From contig OZ024742.1 of NCBI GenBank assembly GCA_964016885.1, forward strand, positions 87,482,001-87,546,000: 64,000 nucleotides of DNA. Reading direction: 5' to 3'. The notes beneath the pieces are model-generated. The model made no database searches and was not told where the DNA came from. It saw nothing but the letters and a program-made list of their open reading frames with translations. The translations under genes were made by a program, and so were the position numbers. This stretch comes from Eledone cirrhosa (taxonomy: Eukaryota). Below are positions 52,770 to 64,000 of the stretch, piece after piece; the first letter of the stretch is position 1; every line of letters starts with the position of its first letter.

Positions 52770-52990
52770 GCTTTCTAATCTAGGCAAAAGCCCATTACTC
52801 TAAGGGGATATTGAAATCTTCTATATCGACCCCCAGAACCCATCTGGTGCTGTATTTTATTTAACACGGGAAGGATGGATTGCATTGTTTCCCTCGGCGG
52901 GTTTTTGACCTCAAGTCAAAAAGTGCCGTAACTAAATGCTGTGAAGCATTTTGACCAAATAACTAATGACTCTGCCAAGCTGGCGCCTCC
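52770..52990 (-). mobile_element. Diverged tRNA-derived SINE copy
   Basis: atcgacccccag...tattttatttaacacgggaaggatggattgc...ctcggcgggtttttgacctc. Confidence 0.55.
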
Positions 52991-54378
52991 ATGGTGATTA
53001 CTATTCCTAGAAGTTCTCACAAATCTGATCGTAAGCATTTAACTATGAACTCATTTAAGAAATATTGTCTTGTATATAATAATGATTAACCTTTCCTTTC
53101 ACATTTATCTCTAAATTAATCAACAAAAGTCTTACGGAAATGCTATTGAATTAATTCGCATAATCCTTTTAAGTTTAATGACATTTAATCCACTTTATTT
53201 CATGTGGGGAGCAATTTCTATTCGTGTAATTATTTCCGACATGGTGATAGATACAGGTTTCGAGGAACTTGCGAAAGTTTAAGGAAATCTTCTGGTCGAA
53301 ATAGGTTAATATAATATAGTAATATGCATGGATCTCAGGAAAGTCCGTCTTATAGTAAAGTGTTGCCTAGGTATTGTATATGATGACTCGTTGACAGCTT
53401 CTGAGATTACCATTAAAGCCGAGTATAATTCATCATGAATTATATAACGTGACTTAATGGGACCATGCAGAAGAAAACATATTCCATATAATATACAATT
53501 TGCACAAATCTCTTAATATTTCCGAGAACCTCTATTAAGGTCCCCGCTCCAGGTCTAAAATATGGTGCTCCAGTACAACATGGAATAATCTATTTCTGTA
53601 TATCTATATACTTGGTCATGATTCTATTTGTAATAGCTTATATGTGACTATATCATTAAATCTAAGCGTAAAATATTTGCATATAAGGCAACAAACTATT
53701 TCTTTATACTTTTTTTCTGAGAGAATTCTAATTCTACCATCTACTACCTTTTATTTCCTGCCTATTTATCTTCAATACAATGTTGTAAATGGCTGTAACG
53801 TCATATTGGAATAGGGCATGGAAGTAATGTGTACATAATTTGTGGCAAAGGGGTTGTGTTTCATTGAATACCTCGTATTTCATTCGATAACTGATTTAAT
53901 CATACGAATATATTGATGTAATTTTAAACGACTGTACTCTTATTTAGTATAGTTTTTCATTTTAACTCTTTGTTCTGAGGTCCATTACAATTTAGCACAA
54001 TCTCTGCAGGCCTTCGAACAAGCATGCTACTCAATACACTTTTCAGTTTTAGTACAATACTAAAGTTAATGCATGAATGCTGTTCAAACAATTTGAGCCG
54101 TATTAAAACAGGTTAAAAAATAGCATGTGCAATATATTGAAAGCGGGTAGCATATATTCTTTCGTAGATGGACTGCATATCTCTGTTTTCCATCTACGAA
54201 TACATTTCTGTTCAAGAGTATTAAAATCAAACGCTGTAGTCTGGATTATTTCTGATAACTCTACACATGTTCTCCTTTTTATAGATGTTGTGTTTCTGTT
54301 TAAGCCACAGAATTGATGTTTACTAGCATTGATTATTTTATATAATCATAGAATAACATGCTTAGTTCATAGTAATAA

Positions 54379-54442
<64 letters not shown>

Positions 54443-54524
54443 GTTATTCCGGGTTGAGTTGGAGGTAACGACAGTAAGTAAGGTACTTAATACATTGCAG
54501 AGTATAAACGTTTTAATATAGATG

Positions 54525-54575
54525 AGATTCTACAGGACTAGGTCTGTTTCATTCTTTAGAAATCATCAGGAATCT
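54525..54575 (-). ncRNA. Type-I hammerhead ribozyme, intact core
   Basis: Minus strand: agauuc-CUGAUGA-u-uuc(uaaa)gaa-u-GAAACAG-accuaguc-CUGUA-gaaucu; 6-bp stem I, 4-bp stem III, GUA. Confidence 0.82.
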
Positions 54576-55879
54576 GGGTATCAAAAAATAAGTATGGTAT
54601 TTATAGGTCTCTTCAGGTGGTAGGAGAGGGTATGGAGTGGGATGGGTGTAGGTCATTGGTTGATAGAAAAGGGAATTCATTAAAAGCTAATTCTGCAAAG
54701 CTATAGTTTATTTTTAGAGTAACAAAGGCAGAAATAATTCTATAAACAACTTCAGGATGGGGTGCCACTCCTTATTTTTCAGTTTCTCTTAAGCTAACAG
54801 GTGTCTATAAGATCATTGGGGTCAGTATATATAGTCATTACTTCATTTCTACAAGAGTTACATAGCCCTTGTTTGTGTTGCTTTTGATTGTAGCAATTTC
54901 CATATTCCATATCACTATGGAGTTATTTATTCTTGTATGTTTTGTGTGTTTTGGTGTCCTATGTCTTTTGTGATTTCATCATAAATAGCTATCCATGGAT
55001 AACCCCATGGCATTAATTGATGCACTGGTTGTGAATAGTCCTGACTTTTAAAGCATCCGACCGTATAATGATCTCCCGATAGACAGATGTTGAGCGAGAA
55101 TTGTCCATATACTTGTCTCTTCCACGTTTTCTAATTCCTATATCCCTCCCACGTGTTTACTTACCGATACTTTCATTGTAACCACACAGCCTAATTTTTT
55201 AAATCAAACAGTTGTATATTTCTATTGTGACACGATATCTCCCGTGTTCTCCCTCCCTCCGTCTATTTATCTCTCTCTTCCTCTCCGCCATGGGTATGCA
55301 AACACACGGAGGCACATATACAACCCGCGCAACGCCAGTACCCGCACACATACGATCGTATACACGAAATACACATGAACATATATATTAAAAAATGTAT
55401 ATATATATATGCGTGTGTGTGTGCGGGTATACATATAGTTATATACAGTATATAAATATACACACATAAATACGTATATAACGCGCGCACACACACATAC
55501 CTACATGTAAATACACATATGTTCGCTAAACGTAAAGCAACCAAAACGCAAAGTACACATACACACACCCTACATACGTGCGAACCCGCATACTCACACA
55601 GACACAACACTCACGTATATACATCACCATAAGCACATGTACCGGTATATATAATATAATATATACGCCTATAATATACGAGAAAATATACGTACGGAAA
55701 ATATACGTACCTTCAGAAAACATACTAGTAATATATACTTACAAGTAATTGTATAAACATAACATATACTTACCTACGACATCAATAGGTAAATAATCCG
55801 CGTACAGTTTGTACTATCCGTTAGGGTATAATGTGGGGCTTTAATACAGGAAAGTTTTGTGCAATTTATGTCTACAAGC

Positions 55880-56180
55880 CGGAATTCCTTAAGAAAATAA
55901 TGGGTATGCATGTAAAGACGCTGCTTGAATCTATTCGCGGTTAACTCATTGTATGCCCTACGGGACGTCGGTGTTACAACCTTACGTTTGTAGACAACGT
56001 TACTAGAGAGGCATTTCCCGGATAGGGGGCAGTAAGACCGATTCCTACAATTACAGTTAGTAGTAGCTACAGAGCTGCACGTGTTCCTACGGCTAGGTAA
56101 TTTAGCTAAATTGGAAGCCGTGATGTTATGTGCAAGGTTAGGAGTCGTAGAGTAAGACATTTTAATGGTATTTCTATTCT
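55880..56180 (-). mobile_element. Naiad-type PLE fragment (linker zinc motif + GIY-YIG N-half)
   Basis: MSYSTTPNL, NCNCRNRSYCPLSGKCLSSNVVYK, AYNELTANRFKQRLYMH. Confidence 0.85.
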
Positions 56181-56393
56181 TCGTTTGTTTCCGTTCTTTG
56201 CCAGGGAACGTTTACAAGAACGAAAGTATCGTCTTTCTGTCTTCCTTCGGTTGCAACGTTTTTCGAAATATTTACTTCTGCGTTCACAGATGGATTTTTT
56301 TTAGTTTCGGAAGATCACGCTTAGGATGACAGCAGCGATTCTGTGCTTAAATTTTAATCTGTTATTTTAATAAATAAATATATATATATATAC

Positions 56394-59300
56394 ATAAAAT
56401 TTCAGGTTATCAATAATGTAGTGATAATATATCGTTACGTTAGAGATGAACAGCGTACGTGCAGGTTTGCTCAACGAGTATAAATTATATTCCGGAGAAA
56501 ATGTAGAAAGGATGAATATAAAATGAAAGTGCTTTTTTAAAAAAAGGAATTTATTAGGTATTGACATATGTTTCTGTAACAGACTGAATACCTATGTATC
56601 GCTCCTTGCGTAATCATATAATGTTAGCAAGTATTCGATAGCACATGTATAATCAGTTGTCACTTCTTCAGAGATTTTGGATAAATTGGATAAAATCAGA
56701 AAAATTGAAGTATTTATATTAGTAGTAGGGGAAGAAACAGAGGGGATAGTATATGACAGATGGTAAATTAATTTACTGCTAAACAAGTATATAATGGGTT
56801 TCTAATGAGAATACCATGAGTAAATCTAAATAAGAATTTTGGGAGTGCTAATTTTAATCTCTACTTGACCAACTGGACAGTGGACAGGGCTGGTCATTTG
56901 GTGCAGTAGTATTCATTATAAAGTGTCAATTGGGGAAGGGGGAGATTTCGATTGCTACTAAATAACATCAATGCTAGTAGCCAGCTGGTATATGCATTAG
57001 GGAATTGAATCAAGAAATCAGAAATCTCATTTTATCTATAGCAGTTTGTATTAAAAGGTAAATAATAGAAGAGTTGATAGAATTAAGACTAATAAAGAAT
57101 GTTAATATCTATTTTGACAATCAAACGGGGATAGAGACAGGCGTTCAATCCTGGTAGTATTTATAATATGAAAATGTAGATTTTAAGCGATGGTTACAGT
57201 ATAACGATCGCTCTATTCTGTTATTTAATAAAATGTTTTTGGATTTCATAATACAAAATAATTCTACATTACATAATTTACAAATTTCCTGTCCATGGGA
57301 ACAGGGGGGGGGGGGGGAGGCAGCCGCTATTAGATCCCATTTTAGGTGAAATTGTTGGTTATTTTCACGCAGCTGCCAGGCCTTGTCTGCGAGTGTTGTT
57401 ACATAACGCTGGTTTTCATGTTTTATCGAGTAACGATGTCTATAAAGGCGTGATTTGAAGGAGGTGACTGTAGATCCTACATAGTACCACTTCTGTCTAT
57501 CCGATTCGATAGTACATTTGTATACGATGTTGCGTTCAAGACACTGATTGTTCAATGGACACATTCCTGGTTGGACACAGTTGCAATTATAATTTTGCGT
57601 TGTTGTATTGCCATGGATGGGTTGATGAGGTTGCTTATGTAGGTCAGGATGTTGTTTGTTGTTTTGTGATGTTATAGCTAATGTTTTACGTGTATTGATA
57701 TGTGTTGGAAGGCGTTTATACAACCGTTTTGCGTTAAGCTTTTTTATATGTTGTTCAATATTAGGGGCGGTTGAATATGAAAGTCGAATAGTGTTAGGGT
57801 TTAAGATTTTATTATATTTATGTGATGTTGGAAAGTGTTTTTTAACTAATCGAAAGAATTTTGAGGGTAGATTGGTTTTAATAGAGTTGTTATAGACCGG
57901 GTTGTACCAAATATACTCCTTACATCGCCTTCTGTTTGGTGGTGTGCGACTATTATTATGTCTATTGCGGTAGTGTATGTATGGTGGTGATTCTGTGCTA
58001 TTTCTACTCCTATGGGATTTATTTTGGGTGTTTTGGTGATCTTTGACTATATACTCTATATTATCTAGGTGACCGGCTTTCCTAAGTGCATCATCATAAT
58101 ATTCGGCATGTTCTTTGAAGGTTTGTTGGTTGGACGACAGGCGGGAGATTCTAAGAGAAACATTTCTAGGGATGGATTTAATTATAGAGAGTGGATGGTT
58201 AGAACTCGTATTTACATATTTAAGGTTCTCATTTAGTTTATGGAACGGTTTAATCGTATCTGTATTGAGATTGAAAGTAACATCAAGGAAATTGACCTCT
58301 TTGAGGTTATATTCAAATGTAATATTTAATCCTAGTTCCTTAAAAAACTTTCTGATATTTTTACGCATCCTTTCTAAATTCTGTTTATTCATATGCTTAA
58401 CTAATAGGAGCGCATCGTCACGGTAGATTCCACCGTGGAGATCCTTGAATTTTCCTTGTAATCTGTGTGTGATATAAATTCCCACAAGATCTGTTACTTC
58501 CGCCGAATCATTAGAACCCATAGTGATATCAAAATTAGAAGGTCTATCTTTGCGAACCCAGTAGCTATCATCGAATTTAACTATAGTTTTCCTCGCTTCC
58601 ATAATAATTTTAATTTCAGCATCCGTAAGGTCGGAATTATCCTTAGCGAACGAAAGAGCTTCATGTAGAATATCAGGTGAAATTGAGGAATAATATTCAT
58701 CAATATCAAACTGAATAAATTTTGATTTTTTCTTATCAGTAATTTTTATTAAACCATCTTATTGCTTCATGTGTGTTACCCCATAGTTTAATCTCTACTT
58801 TAACCTTAACTTGGGGGTTAATTCTGTCTAGTATATATTTGCTAATTTTGCCTATATCAGATTTAGAGGGGCATATAAGTCTAATATTAGGGTTACTATC
58901 GAAGTTTACCTTGTGGTCCTTCAGGTTGAAGGATGGTATAGCTGGTGTTAAGGGTTGCGTTCTATCGTCAATACAAAGTTTTTTAACAATATCACATGCC
59001 GAGTTGTTGATGTTTTTAAGTGTAGCTTCATTAGTTTTCCTGTATTTTTTATGCAATTCCTTACGGATGAAGTTATTGTAAGTGTCCACATCCATGGTAT
59101 ATACGTTTGATGTTTTGTCTGCTCTAACAATAATTCCATTGGCGTCTTTTAGATTATTGAGCAGTGCCGTGATGTCATTCTGTAGTTTATTGTTCTTCCG
59201 TTTTGTAAATTTGATCTCCATGATCATATCCATAAGGTCTTGTTCAAATGCATCCAAAAGTGGGTTTGGGGGTGGGTTCTTGTAAAATTTAAATCCAAAT

Positions 59301-59608
59301 TTATCCTTGTTAAGATCCGATGTTTGGTTTATACGGCTTTTGTCAAAATGGAATGTTTTCCATCTGATTCGTCGAATAAAATCATTGGTCCTTCGTATCA
59401 TACCTAGAATACATTCCCTTTTTGCCTGAATAGGTATGTTTTTTAACGACATATCCAATTGGTGCCTTTCCATTTTAGAGGCGTATGCTGAATTAGTTGC
59501 TCAACTGTATAGGAGATTAATAAAATTTCAGGTTATCAATAATGTAGTGATAATATATCGTTACGTTAGAGATGAACAGCGTACGTGCAGGTTTGCTCAA
59601 CGAGTATA

Positions 59609-59612
<4 letters not shown>
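56394..59612 (-). mobile_element. Near-complete Naiad-type Penelope-like retroelement with identical 93-bp terminal direct repeats, inserted in (TA)n
   Basis: 56394-56486 matches 59520-59612 by eye; TA tracts on both sides; long RT-GIY-YIG ORF between. Confidence 0.92.
57145..59473 (-). CDS. PLE polyprotein (RT + CNC zinc linker + GIY-YIG endonuclease), ~775 aa if one extra A at ~58745 is removed
   Basis: SLKNIP, RIRWK, ADKTSN, LKDHK, RLICPSKSDIGKISK, FIQFDIDEYYSSI, ITMGSNDSAEV, GIYRDD, VNFLDV, IWYNP, CNC..CPL..CL, YVGST..FKSR, CKLC..E, LNNR.E...CNH. Confidence 0.85.
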
Positions 59613-59640
<28 letters not shown>

Positions 59641-61746
59641 GGAGAGAGTGAGAGAGAGAGAGATGGGGGAATGGGAGCATTATATATATATCCATTATAG
59701 ATATATAGATAGATAGATATACGTGTGTCTGTGTGTGTGCCTTTGCATTTATATATGTATATACATTTATATATGTATATACGTATTTATGGATGGACAG
59801 AAAGATGAGTGCATACAAACATACCATTCAATCATACGCATTAGCTTTATTTTTGCTCGGCAATAATGTATGACAATATCTTTGAAAACGCTGTCCCCTG
59901 CCATATATGTGCAGTGTGATAAATCGCTCATTATTGTAAATGGATTGAATTATTATGCGTTTCAGTGACTCTATAATGTATGCCATACTTTCATTCCTGC
60001 ATTTGTGAGAAATGTACTGTAACATATCACAAAAACATAGTGGAATCAACGAATCCATCAGGAATAGTGTGAAGCTGTCTTGATAAGGTGTAATATATAT
60101 TAAAGCTCTGTTTTAGTTTAGATAATTTATCATACGTTTAGCTTCTCCGTATGTATGCATCAAATATTATTTGGTTCGCTTTCATAATATTAATTAATTT
60201 TTATTGAATACAGGAATATTGCAATATTTATTATCTGATTTAGATGTCTAATTATTATTTATGAAAATAATTCTTATTATGTGGTAGCACATCAGACAAC
60301 TTCAGTATTCCATTGTTTCTCACTAATAGGTGTCAAATAAAAATATATATCTAGTGTGTGCTTAAAAAATACAATTTTGCGAGCGAAGCGTTTTCATGTG
60401 TCTAGTGTGTTAGTAAATTAATTATACAACTGGTAATACGTCTTTCTACATACTGCCTTGTTATGTCTGGCGGATGCAGAAATGATGCACTGATTGAAAA
60501 TATATTCTAGAAAATATACGTATTAATACGAACTGCTGGCTTTTATTCTTACAGACGAGGAAAATATTAAAATTTAAACACAGTTAATAAATTGTTTTCA
60601 ACGCGTAGAATTGTTGTATAGTTACTGGGCAAAATTATTGTCATCTGTAATTAACAATTTAAAAAAAAAACAATTTTAAACAACAGGCTTTTCTTAAATG
60701 TGTACTGTTTTAATAACATAATATTTTAGTGAACAGAAGTTGTGCTTGCTGCATCGACATATTTACATGTTTTCCTTACATCGATACCATTGAACTTCTA
60801 CTAATATTCAGCTTATACAATTGTTAGTAGATGATTATCAGGGATACTCCCACAACCTTATCTCATGCAAATATTCAAATTATATGAATAGTTATTAGGG
60901 AGAGCTAAAGATCTATTAAAAGTGATTTCCATGTCACTTCTAGTGTGACAAGCATCAGTTACTGATAGGGGTGGTGGTAGCCATTTGCATACACTATACA
61001 TGACCTAATATAGAGAATATTGACATTGCTTGACATTGTGTCACTTATTTTGTTATAGTTGTATGCAGAGTAGATTATATTTCCAAAATATATATTCCAA
61101 GAAACGATACGCGTAGTATGCTACGTGTACGTCTTTTCGGTCATAAGATATGTAAGGAATAGAGATAAACACTTCTTAAATGCGATATTTGCGTTAACGA
61201 AAGATACAGCATATATTGAAATAAAGTGCCCTGGATTACAAAGTAACAGAATAATCTGATGGCAACATCTCGAATGTATTTGCTACCCATTCATGGTTAA
61301 TCAATCTGTAAGTAAGAATAAACAATGAAACCATAATCATATAAGAATCGTCCCCATCGTTACTAACTAATGCATCTTTATTCGAATAGGTACATCAAAG
61401 TCGAGACATCCTATTTAAGAGAGACAAAATAAAGGATTAGCACGTACTAAGAAATACATATATTTATGTAAACATATATACGTAATCATATATATATATA
61501 TATATTATGTAATCATATGTATATAAATATATAAGTATGTATGTATACGTACATACATATATGTATACAGACGTACAGTAGTATGTATATACATACATAC
61601 ATGCACACACATATATATATGCACGTATCGGTTTACCGAACATTTATTATAATGCTCGGTTTGTTTGTAAACAAACAAACAACCCGAATTACGCCGTACA
61701 CTGTTTAGGCAACCACGTCACCTTTTTGTTCAACACTGACACAGGA

Positions 61747-61789
61747 ACGATGTACTAGTTTCAAGATTATTAGCTATCGTCAGCATCGT
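61747..61789 (-). ncRNA. Minimal type-I hammerhead ribozyme (same family as 3031-3073)
   Basis: Minus strand: acgaug-CUGACGA-uagcuaauaaucuu-GAAAC-ua-GUA-caucgu; perfect 6-bp stem I, weakened stem II. Confidence 0.7.
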
Positions 61790-62109
61790 ATACCTTCCTG
61801 CCTAATGGTTGAACGTCTGAAATATATACTTTCCTTATGCATATTAATGGCTGAGCAGCCTAATTTGCATATCGAGTGAGTTCAGTCGGCCGGGCACACC
61901 GAAAACGATAAATGGAATAGAATGAAACGAGCATTATAATAAATGTGCGGTAAACCGATACCTTCATATATATATATATGCATGAATGTATATACATACA
62001 TGATACTGTACGTCTGTATACATATATGTATGTACGTATACATACATACTTACATTTAAGTAAGTGCCGTACTAAGAGTGAGAAATTAAATTTCGTTTCA
62101 TTCTATTCA

Positions 62110-62149
<40 letters not shown>

Positions 62150-63065
62150 ATATATATATATATAAACTGCATCTGTATTACTCTGTGGTTCCAATTATCT
62201 CCCTGACGTGTGTGTGTGTATATATATATGTGTGTTTGTCTCTTTGCCTGTATGTCTGTCTGTCTGTTTATGCGTGTGAGCACGCGAATGTTTGTATGCT
62301 CGAATGTATGTGTCTGTGTGTATGTAAGCAGTGCATGGGATGGAAGTGGGGTGTGCTTGTGAATATATACAACGTTTTACGTACAAAGGGAGCTCATATA
62401 AAAATGTGAAATAGATTTGTATTTATTATGTAGAACAACCACAATTTCTCTGTTGTCTGTATTATGGAATAGGGCAATTAAATCTCAAGAAACGATAGAA
62501 AGAAACGATTCCCCGATCTAATATCTGCATACATAGTAAGCTGTAGGATGTATACATAACTGAGACGTCTCTGCTCACCTTAGTATCCATCACTGTAGAT
62601 TTCTCAGATTTGAATTGTATAGGTTTTCAATTATAATATTTATAATATATAATCTGCGTGACACACATTTTCTGTAGTTTTGTTTAGTTGTGTCCTAGAA
62701 TTTCCAGCGACGTATCTCCTCTTATATTGCACAGCTGTCTCGCTATATCGTGGATAATACTAGCTCCTTATTTTAATCTACAATTAAACTACTTGTGTTC
62801 TATTTGAATCTAACGGATTATAATTGTTACAATTTGTTCGATTTACAATTATAAAGAGAATTATTTATGTAGTTTTCCTTGGCAAACAGTTTCACGTAAG
62901 GTTTGACTGCGGCGTCATATAATGTCCAACAGCATCTTGCTACGTGGATCATGTTCTTATAAGAATGTTGCATGATCTATATAATATTTCGTTTCCTATT
63001 CGCTCGTACTTGTGTTAGTGTACTGTTAATATATTTATACACACACACACACAAACACGCACCCG

Positions 63066-63099
<34 letters not shown>

Positions 63100-63113
63100 C
63101 ACACACACATACT

Positions 63114-63850
<737 letters not shown>

Positions 63851-63869
63851 GAGATGCCCCCCCCCCCCC

Positions 63870-64000
63870 GCCTCCAGAGCCCAAAACACTGGGGAGATCA
63901 GGCGGCTGTTTGAAGAACTGCATATTAAGACAGAGCCCTTCACCAGAGGGGAGTTTTAGAGAGCCAAGAAGAAGATCGAGGAAGGCAAAGCCAATGGAGA
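63870..64000 (+). mobile_element. LINE RT N-terminal segment in opposite orientation, running off the window
   Basis: FEELHIKTEPFTRGEF*RAKKKIEEGKANG matches the pre-RT motif P.T..E...A.K....GKA.G. Confidence 0.6.

Noticed and set aside
58736-58738. TGA ending the 245-aa PLE ORF as possible selenocysteine (some Naiads encode selenoproteins)
   Set aside because: It is explained by a one-base frameshift: the conserved RT continues in another frame, and the zinc-motif cysteines translate as ordinary Cys.
57656-59285. Plus-strand ORFs overlapping the PLE (and similar antisense ORFs over the LINEs)
   Set aside because: Antisense shadows of the real reading frames with no independent motifs.

Overview
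AT-rich animal genomic DNA, most likely intronic. An octopus/cephalopod origin is inferred from the tRNA-derived SINE family and the very dense (TA)n/(CA)n/(TAA)n microsatellites. One host coding exon is visible: a phase-1 Sushi/CCP exon at 47660-47842 (+), resembling LEV-9/Hasp-type proteins. Nearly everything else identifiable is retroelement-derived. This includes a decayed Tx1/L1-clade LINE, two R4/Dong-type RLE elements in (TAA)n, two RTE copies, a CRE-like fragment, two non-autonomous Helitron-like elements, five SINEs and four Naiad-type Penelope-like elements (PLEs). One PLE is near-intact, with identical 93-bp terminal repeats and a single homopolymer frameshift. The most notable feature, read by eye, is about a dozen type-I hammerhead ribozyme motifs (intact to degenerate) from several unrelated families. 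They sit in small non-coding (TA)n-anchored elements arranged as tandem (retrozyme-like) or fold-back structures. Folds were checked manually only; no activity is demonstrated.
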